NCBI GenBank assembly: GCA_964016885.1 | Contig: OZ024742.1 | Coordinates: forward strand, 326,988,001-327,052,000 | Direction of reading: 5' to 3' | Origin: Eledone cirrhosa | Lineage: Eukaryota | DNA length: 64,000 bases | Shown: positions 41,952 to 53,795 of the stretch, piece by piece | Numbering within the stretch: the stretch's first letter is position 1 | Layout: each line of letters opens with the position of its first letter | Position numbers and translations under genes: made by a program | Notes under the pieces: model-generated | The model's database searches: none | Told to the model about the DNA's origin: nothing | What the model saw: the letters and a program-made list of their open reading frames with translations, nothing else

Positions 41952-42409
41952 TATAAAGTAAGTGTTTTTGAAACAGCAGGCGAGTTTGAAATTAGAAAGA
42001 GAAGCTTTCGTCGTATTTTTTTACTACATCAATACTCATCTTTTTCCATATCTTAGAGGGTTCTAAAACCCCGCTACAAGGCAAAATTTCTTTAGTTAAA
42101 ATATATTTATTTATTTATCTGTGTGTGTGTGTTTCGTTTTATTGTCAATTGTCATTTTCTTTCAATTTCATTGTATTCGTCATATTGTCGAACATTTTAT
42201 ATGTCTAAAATGAATAATCCCCCACTTATATTTCGTGTAACAATCGATTATTCGAATTAAAAATATTAAAAAACTTTTCTGAAACAAATAGTAAAACATC
42301 CCGAAAACTCGTTTTGAAGAAAAAATCTTAAATGATGTTGCTTTAATTTTTTTAAAGTAGTTTGGATTCATTCTTTGAAGTTTTTTTTGTTTGTTTTTTT
42401 TGTTCACTA

Positions 42410-42565
42410 AGGCGGTGAATTGGCAGGTTTGTTATAAAGTCGGTAGAAGGCTTAGCTGTAATCGTTTCGGCTCTATGTGTTCTGACTGCAAAGCCTTCCG
42501 TGGTCAACTTTGCTCTTTATCCTTGCGAAGTCGATAAAAGAAATGTACCAGTTCAGTACTGGGTT
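42410..42565 (+). mobile_element. Diverged SINE copy
   Basis: GGCGGTGAATTGGCAG head and GGTCAACTTTGC..TATCC..GTCGATAAAA core. Confidence 0.65.
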
Positions 42566-44552
42566 GATACTTCCTCTATATCTCTTTCTCGTACACTCTC
42601 TCCTTTGAAAGAAACCGTCTGTGCTCAAATCTAGAGAGGAGACCAGCTCCGCTAGGTTTTAAATGCCCAAAATACGCTGTATGTTACTACAGCTCCCCTA
42701 TGACCCATCAGGAGTTACGGGTGCATACATACATAAATATAGTTTTACTGCTTAGTCAGAGATGTCAAAGTATTCCTCGAGACTAGTGATGGGAAGGAGA
42801 AAAGTATTCTTCAAACTTCTCGAATGTTTGCAACAAAGTGGGCTCCGCTAAAGACACCCAAGAGCCAGGTGGTGGTGAATTGGGTCACAAATTAAGATTA
42901 TCGCCCAAGATTGCCACAGATGAATTTTTACACAGAAGGCAAAGAGCCGGAAGAAATACACCAAGTTATTTCGCCCGACACTCTAGCAATTCCGCCAATC
43001 CACTTCTCTCGACTAGTATTATATTTTATCGTCCACAAAAGGATAAAAAGCAAAGTTGACCTCGACGGGATTTGAACTCGGTGAGCAGTGAGCAAATAAA
43101 GCGAAGCATTTTATTCTACGTTCTAACGACTAAACTGGGTCTTTTCATATAAATGAGGTTCTTCAGAAAAGTGTGAACAGCGCTCTGACTCAATATCTTA
43201 TAAGATGTGCGATCAAGTGCCTGAATGAAATAAAGATAAAATCCGTAGGATTTATATTGAAAAAAGAATAGCAATTGGTATTTGAGATATTTATGCCTCT
43301 CCTAAGGATATTAGAGGCAGAAAATGATACAATTTCAACAGTGAATAGAAGCCTGCTCACGGAATAATTTACTTTTAAAAAATCCACTGAACAACACATT
43401 GAAAATATGTTCGAGATATATTCAGCTGTGAAATGATCAGATAGATGAGCAAAAATTCTTTTGATATTCTGTTACTACTAATGATTAAACTGGTGTCTAA
43501 CATTCTGCCATACTTGTGTCTCTCTGTTATCGTTCTGAAGAGAAAAAGAAGTTAAAAAGCATTGCAGTAAGCCATGTGTTCGGAGAAATTTAGCTTAATT
43601 ACCTAGGTCTCTGAGATAAAGAACTTCTAAGGGAAAACAAGTCTGCTTTCAGGACCCGAAGAAGAAGAAGGGTTCCTCAACAAATTCAAGGAAACTAAGA
43701 GGTTGCTTTCGAGTGGCTGACGTCAGATATAGTGGCTGAACACTTCGCTTCTCTTATTTTAAAAAGAAAAACGAGGCGTAAGTCTGTCTAATGCTCGAAA
43801 TATCATCAAGATGGAGCTTATTTCGGTTCCATTGGCGTTAAGTGACTGACAGTACAAGACCCCTGGACAGAGCGCCAGTCCAACGCCTGTTTAAACATCA
43901 TTTGCTACAGCTGTTGGAACAGTGTAAAATGAAGTGTTTGGGTGTTTGATTCAAGAACAAAATGTTGTACCTGACCCCATAATTAAACCCGTGACATTAC
44001 AATTTTAAGCGCAAAACCTTATCCACTAGGCCGCATGTTTCCACTGTTTCCCTTCTCTTATAGGTCCCGCTAATGTGTCGTCGCTCTACAGAAGTGACAA
44101 TATATACCGTGCCAACAATTACTAAACAGGTCATGTGGGTGATATTGTAGCTGAATATGAAGAGGCGGCGCCGAATCTAAAATTGATGGGGTACATTACA
44201 TTGTCTACTATCATTCACCGAAGTACTAAGTCCATCAAGTTTAATTGAATCCAAATAATTTTCTATTGTATTTCACTTTCACACCCAGTAATTGTACATT
44301 TAGTTAGAAAAGGTCACTCTCTAAAGTCTTTACACATTCTTCGGGATGGACTTGAATATTCGCAAGAACGAGCCCATGAGGTAGACTATCTCTTTCGGCG
44401 GAACTCCCTTGAGTAACGTATTTGTTGTTTCGTTTGCCAGAACCATGAGGGAACAACAAACTCAAATGTGATTTAACATGTTCTACCTGTCTAAACAAAT
44501 CAAATTTATTATACTAGCTATCAGCAGTTGCTCAGCCATCAATTTTCGGCAG

Positions 44553-44624
44553 TCATACCTGGTCTAGTAGTTAGGATGGCACTCTCTCACCGCGACGGCC
44601 ACAGTTCGATTTCCCGCTTGGGAA
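44553..44624 (+). pseudogene. Degenerate tRNA-Glu(CTC) at the array edge
   Basis: 72 nt, CTC anticodon, broken acceptor, anticodon and T stems. Confidence 0.8.
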
Positions 44625-45147
44625 ATAGCATATCTCTTCCTTATTGCTTTATTTCCATCAAGTCATAACTATAAAGTATTTACTTTCAGTTCAATACATT
44701 TCAGAGATTTAAAATACATTTACTATATCATCATTGCTAAGGGGAAGAGAGAGGGGGAAGAAAGAAAAAAAAAAGGTGAAGGAAGCCACCTTAATTACAT
44801 GGGTGATAATGAGGCTAATGTGCTGGAAGAGCTCAGTACCCTCCCAAGAATATTAAGAAAATGTACTGCAAACAATGTCAAGAACTTCGTTGACAGCGTC
44901 CTTGCCCAGACAAACGTCTGAAATGACAGAGGGTGAAATAGCTAACAATGAGATCCTCGTCGTTGTCAGCGGCTCACAACAGAGCGGATCACAGTTGCTT
45001 GACGAAATATTAAAACCATTATTATTTTTAGGTAATTTTATCCTAGAAATTTGAGATACATAAATCGCCACACCCTCCTTATACACTGAAAATAAAAAAG
45101 TTATGATGTTGTTATTAAATGTCTTTCAGCATTCGATTTCATAAGCT

Positions 45148-45217
45148 TTCCAAGTGGTCTAGTGTAGGATTCCGCGCTCTCACCGCAGCGGCCGAGGTTA
45201 GATTCCTCGCTTTGGAA
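45148..45217 (+). pseudogene. Degenerate tRNA-Glu(CTC)
   Basis: D-loop deletion; T-loop TTAGATT. Confidence 0.8.
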
Positions 45218-45799
45218 ATATTTTGCGTTCAGTTTTTTTTTTTTCGTTTTTCTTTTTTTAATATGTTCTCCAATGCTTGGTAAGTTGTTATGCCGACTGA
45301 TAATATATATAAATATAGCAGTTAAATACATTGTTAATTTTCAAAATGCGTATGCAATGTCACAATGAAAAAAAAAAAGAAATATAGTAAAAGAAAACAG
45401 CGAGAGTTGACTGAATTGGAAAGAAGTATGTGAACAGTATATTTCCATTGAGACCCATGCTCAACATTACATTTAACACAGCCAGCGATACCTACTACAT
45501 CAGCCATAACAACCACGTAGGGTTTCTTAATTAGACTTGAGGAACTCAACTCGATTTCGTGGAATAAAACGATAGACGAGGGTCCGAGAAAACGAGAAGG
45601 CTCAATGGGAACCGATTAAAAATGGAAAAAGATTGCAAATTCCTGTCATTTAGTCATAGTCAGCCACTCGGAGTGGAAGTCAACAGTACCAGGGTTTTGG
45701 TTATAGCCATGAGATTGGCACCCGAGAAAGTCTCGAAATATATGGCATCCCAAATGAGAGATTTAACCTACTAAAACACGTATAAAAGTTTGACAACCG

Positions 45800-45870
45800 A
45801 CCTAAGTAGTCTAGTGGTTAGGTTTCCACTCCTTCACTACGGCAGCTGAGGTATGATTATCACTTGGTAA
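45800..45870 (+). pseudogene. Type D tRNA-Glu relic
   Basis: A-box region intact, B-box destroyed. Confidence 0.7.
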
Positions 45871-46695
45871 ATAACGTTTTTTCAATTTTTTTTCTATTCT
45901 TAATATTATAATAAATACATGGTAAGTTTATTTGCCAACTGATGATTATAACTATTTCAGTTAAATAAGTTGTACATTCTCCAAATGTGTATGTTATAAA
46001 AAAGAAAAAACTGAGAAAAGATAGCGAGAAGTGGGTGAAAATTTCTTCACATTTCCGTTGAGAACAAAGCTCAAGAGTACCTGGGTTTGTGGTCGTAGAA
46101 TTGAGGTACGCATTCGAAAAGGTATCGCGATATATGGCATCACAGATGAAAGAATTACCCGGCGAGTACGAGAAGAAATACCCCACTGTCACCAAGGGAG
46201 GTAAATAGCAATCAATAGCTCTCCCACTGCCTTTCTATAATACATGTTCGAATTTAGGAAATTTGAATATATGTCCATTTCGAAATCATGTTTTCTGGTA
46301 AATTTAAAACTTAACGATACTTGATGGAAATAAAACAATAGTCTAACCACTAGACCACTTGGGACAACTGAGTATAAGCGGCTGAAGGATAGCTTCTAAC
46401 TAAATTAGTAAATGTGAATCGATTTGAATCGATCACTTTAACAATTCGACAGAAAAGTTTAAATTCAATCAGCAAACTTGATTTCGAAATAGGCAAAACA
46501 CCTCAATATATTCTACATTGGAGGATGTGACATTGAAAGGTCATTTAGTAATAGAATTGACACTATAAACAGCCAGCGACATCTACTACATCAGCCATAC
46601 CTCTACGTAGGGTTCCTTCATTAGAAGTGATGTCAAAGTGATTCACATTTGCCAATTTAGTTATAAGCCGTCGCACAGCTTGTCATATTCATGTA

Positions 46696-46766
46696 TCCCA
46701 AGTAGTCTAGTGGTTAGGATTCCGCGCTTTCACCGCGGCGGCCGGGTTCGATTCCCCGCTTGGCAA
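46696..46766 (+). pseudogene. Type B variant with TTC anticodon (tRNA-Glu-TTC-like), probably non-functional
   Basis: Loop CTTTCAC, one G lost in the T stem, acceptor 3' strand CTTGGCA mismatched. Confidence 0.7.
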
Positions 46767-47328
46767 ACGTCTGTTATTTGTTTTTTTTCTTTCTTGTTTT
46801 ATTTGCATCAAGTCTCCTTGTTCTGCCAACCAGGAATCTATAGAATTATGTATTATTTATTTCAGTACATTTCAAATGTTCAGAAATACATTTATTAAAT
46901 CATTGTGACAGATGGGGAAAAAGGTGAAAGATGTTTCACGGGAATTTATATTTTGTCCGCACTCCGCGGACAAAATGTTGAGATTGTTGTGGTGGCGGTC
47001 GGCTGTACCTAGGTATGTGGTCCTGGCGTTGAGGTTCGCAGTATATGGCGTTCCAGATGAAAGACTTAATCTGCTAAAGAAGATAAACTATAGTCCCATC
47101 TGAGAGTTTAGCAGTAGCGAGCTCGAGACGAAAGATCCTATTGTCGTTAAGAGAGGAGAATCGCTATGAGTAACTACCCTGCTGCCTTTCAATAATACAT
47201 CTTCAAATTTAGAAGATTTTAATATGATATGTCCATTTCGAAACCATGTTTGCTGGTACATTTAAAGCTTAACGGAACTTGATACAAAAAAACAATAAGG
47301 AAAAAAATAAAACAAAAAAATAAAGGTA

Positions 47329-47399
47329 TACCCAAGCGAGGAATCGAACCCCGGCCGCCGCAGTGAAATGCGGGATCCTAACCACTAGACTACTTGGGA
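47329..47399 (-). pseudogene. Type C tRNA-Glu-like gene, 6-nt anticodon loop (TTTCAC)
   Basis: CCGCA-TTTCAC-TGCGG; A and B boxes intact; T1/T72 mismatch. Confidence 0.75.
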
Positions 47400-47510
47400 C
47401 AACTGGAAATGATTTGCTGAACTATCGCTTATAACTATGGTGTCGCAAATTAGAGATTTAACCTGATAAAACAGGTGTTGAAACACTGTCAATGATAAGT
47501 TTGACAACCG

Positions 47511-47581
47511 ACCTAAGAAGTCTAGTGGTTAGGTTTCCACGCCTTCACTGCGGCAGTTGGGGTATGAATATCACTTGCTAA
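47511..47581 (+). pseudogene. Type D tRNA-Glu relic
   Basis: GTCTAGTGGTTAGG retained; T-loop TATGAAT. Confidence 0.7.
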
Positions 47582-48043
47582 AAAAGCTGTGAAAAGATGG
47601 CGAGAAGTGGGTGAAATTTTCTTCACATTTCCGTTGAGAACAAAGTTCAAGAGTACCTGGGTTTGTGGTCGTAAAATTGAGGTTCGCATTAGAAAAGGTG
47701 TCGCAATATATGGCATTAGAGATAAAAGACTTAACTTGTTGAAGCAGGTAAACTATAATTTCATCTGGGTTATTACCACCGGCGAGTACGAGAAGAAATA
47801 CCCCACTGTCACCAAGGGAGGTAAATAGCAATCAATAGCTCTCCCACTGCCTTTTTATAATACATGTTCGAATTTAGGAAATTTTAATATGATATGTCCA
47901 TTTCGAAATCATGTTTTCTGGTAAATTTAAAACTTAACGAGACTTGATGGAAATAAAACAATAGGAAAAAAAAGATATTTCCCAAGTTATTCACATTTGC
48001 CAATTTAGTTATAAGCCGTTGCTCAGCCTGTCATGTTCGGGTA

Positions 48044-48115
48044 TCCCAAGTAGTCTAGTGGTTAGGATTCCACGCTCTCACCGCGGCGGCGGGGGTTCGA
48101 TTCCCCGCTTGGGAA
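48044..48115 (+). tRNA. tRNA-Glu(CTC), type B with two stem mismatches (possible pseudogene)
   Basis: CCACG anticodon stem, GGGGG T stem; different 3' flank. Confidence 0.6.
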
Positions 48116-48464
48116 ATAATAATTAGCGTTCAGTTTGTTTTTTTAATATGTTCACCAATGCTTGGCAATTTGTTATGTCGACTAATAACATATATAACTA
48201 TTGCAGTTAACTATAGTTTACTTGCTTTAGCAAGTAAACTATAATTTCATCTGGGTTATTACCATCGGCGAGTTCGAGAAGAAATACCCCACTGTCACCA
48301 AGGGAGGTAAATAGCAGTCAATAGCTCTCCCACTGCCTTTCTATAATACATGTTAGAATTTAGGAAATTTTAATATGATATGTCCATTTCGAAATCATGT
48401 TTTCTGGTAAATTTAAAACTTAATGAGACTTGATGGAAATAAAACAATAGGAAAAAAAAGATAT

Positions 48465-48536
48465 TTCCCAAGCGGGGAATCGAACCCCGGCCGCCGCGGT
48501 GAGAGCGCGGAATCCTAACCACTAGACCACTTGGGA
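48465..48536 (-). tRNA. tRNA-Glu(CTC), type A, intact
   Basis: TCCCAAG/CTTGGGA acceptor, CCGCG-CTCTCAC-CGCGG, CGGGG-TTCGATT-CCCCG; oligo-T terminator 5 nt downstream. Confidence 0.93.
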
Positions 48537-48868
48537 CAACGGTTTACAAGCGGCTGAACGATAGCTTCTAACTATATTAGTAAATGTGAATCAATTTGAA
48601 TCGATCACTTTAACAATTCGACAGAAAAGTTAAAATTCAATCAGCAAACTTGATTTCGAAATAGGCAAAACACCTCAATATATTCTACATTGGAGGATGT
48701 AACATTGAAAGGTTATTTAGTAATAGAATTGACACTATAAACAGCCAACGACATCTACTACATCAGCCATACCACCTACGTAGGGTTCCTTCATTAGAAG
48801 TGATGTCAAAGTGATTCACATTTGCCAATTTAGTTATAAGACGTTGGTCAGCTTGTCATGTTCAGGTA

Positions 48869-48940
48869 TCCCATGTAGTCTAGTGGTTAGGATTCCGCGC
48901 TCTCACCGCGGCGGCCGGGGTTCGATTCCACGCTTGGGAA
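48869..48940 (+). tRNA. tRNA-Glu(CTC), type B with two mismatches
   Basis: Acceptor TCCCATG, T-stem 3' strand CCACG; oligo-T terminator. Confidence 0.65.
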
Positions 48941-49487
48941 ATATCTTTTTTTTCCTATTGTTTTATATCCATCAAGTCTCCTTGCTCTGCCAACCAGGAA
49001 TCTAGAGAATTATGTATTATTTATTTCAGTACATTTCAAATGTTCAGAAATACATTTATTAAATCATTGTGACAGATGGGGAAAAAAGGTGAAAGATGCT
49101 TCACGGGAATTTATATTTTGTCCGCACAAAATATTGAGATTGTTGTCGTGGCGGTCGGCTGTACCTAGGTATTGTGGTCCTGGCGTTGAGGTTCGCATTA
49201 TATGGCGTTCCAGATGAAAGACTTAATCTGCTAAAGAAGATAAACTATAGTCCCATCTGAGAGTTTAGCAGTAGCGAGCTCGAGACGAAAGATCCTATTG
49301 TCGTTAAGAGAGGAGAATCGCTACGAGTAACTACCCTGCTGCCTTTCAATAATACATCTTCAAATTTAGAAGATTTTAATATGATATGTCCATTTCGAAA
49401 CCATGTTTGCTGGTACATTTAAAACTTAACGGAACTTGATGCAAAAAAAAACAATACGGAAAAAAATAAAATAAAAAAATAAAGGTA

Positions 49488-49558
49488 TACCCAAGCGAGG
49501 AATCGAAACCCGGTCGCCGCAGTGAACTGCGGGCTCCTAACCACTAGACTACTTGGGA
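49488..49558 (-). pseudogene. Type C tRNA-like, more decayed (loop GTTCAC)
   Basis: Homology to the other C copies. Confidence 0.7.
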
Positions 49559-49669
49559 CAACTGGAAATGATTTGCTGAACTATGGCTTATAACTATGGA
49601 GTCGCAAATTAGAGATTTAACCTGATAAAACAGATATTGAAAGTCTTTCAATGCGAAGTTTGACAACTG

Positions 49670-49740
49670 ACCTAAGAAGTCTAGTGATTAGGTTTCCACG
49701 CATTGACTACGGAAGTTGGGGTATGAATATCACGTGCTAA
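49670..49740 (+). pseudogene. Type D relic
   Basis: Homology to the other D copies. Confidence 0.65.
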
Positions 49741-50140
49741 AAAAGCTGGGAAAAGATGGCGAGAAGTGGTGGAAAATTTCTTCACATTTCCGTTGAGAAC
49801 AAAGCTCAAGAGTACCTGGGTTTGTGGTCGTAGAATTGAGGTTCGCATTAGAAAAGGTGTCGCGATATATGGCATCACAGATGAAATTATAGTTTACCTG
49901 CTAAAGCAGGTAAACTATAATTTCATCTGGGTTATTACCAGCGGCGAGTACGAGAAGAAATACCCCACTGTCACCAAGGGAGGTAAATAGCAATCAATAG
50001 CACTCCCACTGCCTTTCTATAATACATGTTCGAATTTAGGAAATTTTAATATGATATGACCATATCGAAATCATGTTTTCTGGTAGATTTAAAACTTAAT
50101 GAGACTTGATGGAAATAAAACAATAGGAAAAAAAAGATAT

Positions 50141-50212
50141 TTCCCAAGCGGGAAATCGAACTCCGGCCGCCGCGGTGAGAGCGCGGAATCCTAACCACTA
50201 GACCACTTGGGA
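50141..50212 (-). tRNA. tRNA-Glu(CTC), type A with T-stem mismatches
   Basis: T arm CGGAG-TTCGATT-TCCCG. Confidence 0.65.
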
Positions 50213-50909
50213 CAACTGTGTACAAGCGACAGAACGATAGCTTCTAACTAAATTAGTAAATGTGAATCGATTTGAATCGATCACTTTAACAATTCGACAG
50301 AAAAGTTAAAATTCAATCAGCATAGTTGATTTCGAAATAGGCAAAACACCTCAATATATTCTATTTAGAAGATTTTAATATGATATGTCCATTTCGAAAC
50401 CATGTTTGCTGGCAGATTTAAAACCTCACGGAACTTGATGCAAAAAAAAACAATAAGAAAAAAAATAAAATAAAAAAATAAAGGTATACCCAAGGTTTCC
50501 ACCCCTTCACTACGGCAGTTGGGGTATGAATATCACTTGCTAAAAAAGCTGGGAAAAGATGGCGAGAAGTGGGTGAAAATTTTTTCACATTTCCGTTGAG
50601 AACAAAGTTCAAGAGTACCTGGGTTTGTGGTCGTAGAATTGAGGTACGCATTAAGGAAAGTGTCGCGATATATGGCATCACAGATTAAATTATAGTTTAC
50701 CTGCTAAAGCAGGTGAACTATAACTTCATCTGGGTTATTACCTTCGGCGAGTTCGAGAAGAAACACCCACTGTCACCAGTAATTTGCAATCAACAGCTCT
50801 GTTCGAATTTAGGAAATTTGAATATATGTCCATTTCGAAATCATGTTTTTTGGTAAATTTAAAACTTAATGAGACTTGATGGAAATAAAACAATAGGAAA
50901 AAAAGATAT

Positions 50910-50981
50910 TTCCCAAGCGGGGAATCGAACCCCGGCCGCCGCGGTGAGAGCGCGGAATCCTAACCACTAGACCACTTGGGA
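50910..50981 (-). tRNA. tRNA-Glu(CTC), type A, intact
   Basis: Perfect cloverleaf plus oligo-T terminator. Confidence 0.93.
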
Positions 50982-51312
50982 CAACGGTTTACAAGCGGCT
51001 GAACGATAGCTTCTAACTATATTAGTAAATGTGAATCAATTTGAATCGATCACTTTAACAATTCGACAGAAAAGTTAAAATTCAATCAGCAAACTTGATT
51101 TCGAAATAGGCAAAACACCTCAATATATTCTACATTGGAGGATGTAACATTGAAAGGTCATTTAGTAATAGAATTGACACTATAAACAGCCAACGACATC
51201 TACTACATCAGCCATACCTCTACGTAGGGTTCCTTCATTAGAAGTGATGTCAAAGTGATTCACATTTGCCAATTTAGTTATAAGACGTTGGTCAGCTTGT
51301 CATGTTCAGGTG

Positions 51313-51384
51313 TCCCAAGTAGTCTAGTGGTTAGGATTCCGCGCTCTCACCGCGGCGGCCGGGGTTCGATTCCCCGCTTGGGAA
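51313..51384 (+). tRNA. tRNA-Glu(CTC), type B, intact
   Basis: Perfect cloverleaf plus oligo-T terminator. Confidence 0.93.
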
Positions 51385-51937
51385 ATATCTTTTTTTTTCC
51401 TATTGTTTTATTTGCATCAAGTCTCCTTGCTCTGCCAACCAGGAATCTAGAGAATTATGTATTATTTATTTCAGGACATTTCAAATGTTCAGAAATACAT
51501 TTATTAAATCATTGTGACAGATGGGGAAAAAAGGTGAAAGATGTTTCACAGGAATTTATATTTTGTCCGCACTCCGCGGACAAAATGTTGAGATTGTTGT
51601 GGTGGCGGTCGGCTGTACCTAGTTATGTGGTCCTGGCTTGGAGGTTGTATTATATGGCGTTCCAGATGAAAGACTTGATCTGCTAAAGAAGATAAACTAT
51701 AGTCCCATCTGAGAGTTTAGCAGTAGCGAGCTCGAGACGAAAGATCCTATTGTCGTTAAGAGAGGAGAATCGCTATGAGTAACTACCCTGCTGCCTTTCA
51801 ATAATACATCTTCAAATTTAGAAGATTTTAATATGATATGTCCATTTCGAAACCATGTTTGCTGGTACATTTAAAGCTTAACGGAACTTGATACAAAAAA
51901 ACAATAAGGAAAAAAATAAAACAAAAAAATAAAGGTA

Positions 51938-52008
51938 TACCCAAGCGAGGAATCGAACCCCGGCCGCCGCAGTGAAATGCGGGATCCTAACCACTAGACT
52001 ACTTGGGA
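51938..52008 (-). pseudogene. Type C tRNA-like (6-nt loop TTTCAC)
   Basis: As 47329-47399. Confidence 0.75.
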
Positions 52009-52119
52009 CAACTGGAAATGATTTGCTGAACTATCGCTTATAACTATGGCGTCGCAAATTAGAGATTTAACCTGATAAAACAGGTGTTGAAAGACTGTCA
52101 ATGATAAGTTTGACAACCG

Positions 52120-52190
52120 ACCTAAGAAGTCTAGTGGTTAGGTTTCCACGCCTTCACTGCGGCAGTTGGGGTATGAATATCACTTGCTAA
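52120..52190 (+). pseudogene. Type D relic
   Basis: As 47511-47581. Confidence 0.7.
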
Positions 52191-52590
52191 AAAAGCTGTG
52201 AAAAGATGGCGAGAAGTGGGTGAAATTTTCTTCACATTTCCGTTGAGAACAAAGTTCAAGAGTACCTGGGTTTGTGGTCGTAGAATTGAGGTTTGCATTA
52301 GAAAAGGTGTCGCGATATATGGCATCACAGATGAAATTATAGTTTACTTGCTAAAGCAGGTCAACTATAATTTCATCTGGGTTATTACCAGCGGCGAGTA
52401 CGAGAAGAAATACCCCACTGTCACCAAGGGAGGTAAATAGCAATCAATAGCACTCCCACTGCCTTTCTATAATACATGTTCGAATTTAGGAAATTTTAAT
52501 ATGATATGTCCATTTCGAAATCATGTTTTCTGGTAAATTTAAAACTTAATGACACTTGATGGAAATAAAACAATAGGAAAAAAAAGATAT

Positions 52591-52662
52591 TTCACAAGCG
52601 GGGAATCGAACCCCGGCCGCCGCGGTGAGAGCGCGGAATCCTAACCACCAGACCACTTGGGA
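52591..52662 (-). tRNA. tRNA-Glu(CTC), type A with acceptor mismatch and A14G (possible pseudogene)
   Basis: 3' strand CTTGTGA; D-loop begins with G. Confidence 0.6.
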
Positions 52663-52955
52663 CAACTGTGTACAAGCGGCTGAACGATAGCTTCTAACTA
52701 TATTAGTATATGTGAATCGATTTGAATCGATCACTTTAACAATTCGACAGAAAAGTTTAAATTCAATCAGCAAACTTGATTTGGAAATAGACAAAACACC
52801 TCAATATATTCTACATTGGAGGATGTAACATTGAAAGGTCATTTAGTAATAGAAATGACACTATAAACAGCCAGCGACATCTACTACATCAGCCATACCT
52901 CTACGTAGGGTTCCTTCATTAGAAGTGATGTCAAAGTGATTCACATTTGCCAATT

Positions 52956-52993
52956 TAGTTATAAGCCGTTGCTCAGCTTGCCTTGCTCAGGTA
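52956..52993 (+). promoter_or_regulatory. Putative upstream Pol III element (TATA-like near -33, TCAGC at -21, CAG at -6); example shown for one B gene
   Basis: The same motifs occur at identical spacing upstream of A, B and C gene types while the intervening bases differ. Confidence 0.55.
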
Positions 52994-53065
52994 TCCCAAG
53001 TAGTCTAGTGGTTAGGATTCCGCGCTCTCACCGCGGCGGCCGGGGTTCGATTCCCCGCTTGGGAA
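52994..53065 (+). tRNA. tRNA-Glu(CTC), type B, intact
   Basis: Perfect cloverleaf plus oligo-T terminator. Confidence 0.93.
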
Positions 53066-53613
53066 ATAGCTTTTTTTTCCTATTGTTTTATTTCCATCAA
53101 GTCTCCTTGCTCTGCCAACCAGGAATCTAGAGCATTATGTATTATTTATTTCAGTACATTTCAAATGTTCAGAAAATGTTCATTGTGACAGATGGGGAAA
53201 AAATGGTGAAAGATGTTTGACGGGAATTTATATTTTATCCGCACTCCGCTGACAAGATGTTGAGATTGTTGTGGTGGCGGTCGGCTGTACCTAGGTATTG
53301 TGGTCCTGGCGTTGAGGTTCGCATTATATGGCGTTCCAGATGAAAGACTTAATCTGCTAAAGAAGATAAACTATAGTCCCATCTGAGAGTTTAGCAGTAG
53401 CGAGCTCGAGACGAAAGATCCTATTGTCGTTAAGAGAGGAGAAGCGCTACGAGTAACTACCCTGCTGCCTTTCAATAATACATCTTCAAATTTAGAAGAT
53501 TTTAATATGATATGTCCATTTCGAAACCATGTTTGCTGGTACATTTAAAACTTAACGGAACTTGATGCAAAAAAAAACAATAAGGAAAAAAAAAAAAAAA
53601 TAAAATAAAGGTA

Positions 53614-53684
53614 TACCCAAGCGAGGAATCGAACCCCGGCCGCCGCAGTGAGATGCGGGATCCTAACCACTAGACTACTTGGGA
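53614..53684 (-). pseudogene. Type C tRNA-like (6-nt loop TCTCAC)
   Basis: CCGCA-TCTCAC-TGCGG. Confidence 0.75.
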
Positions 53685-53795
53685 CTACTGGAAATGATTT
53701 GCTGAACTATCGCTTATAACTATGGCGTCGCAAATTAGAGATTTAACCTGATAAAACAGATATTGAAAGTCTTTCAATGCGAAATTTGACAACCG

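Noticed and set aside
47329-47399. Type C copies as suppressor or selenocysteine tRNAs (TCA within the loop)
   Set aside because: TCA is part of the ordinary Glu loop (T/C)TCAC. The loop is 6 nt and there is no long variable arm or Sec-type acceptor stem.
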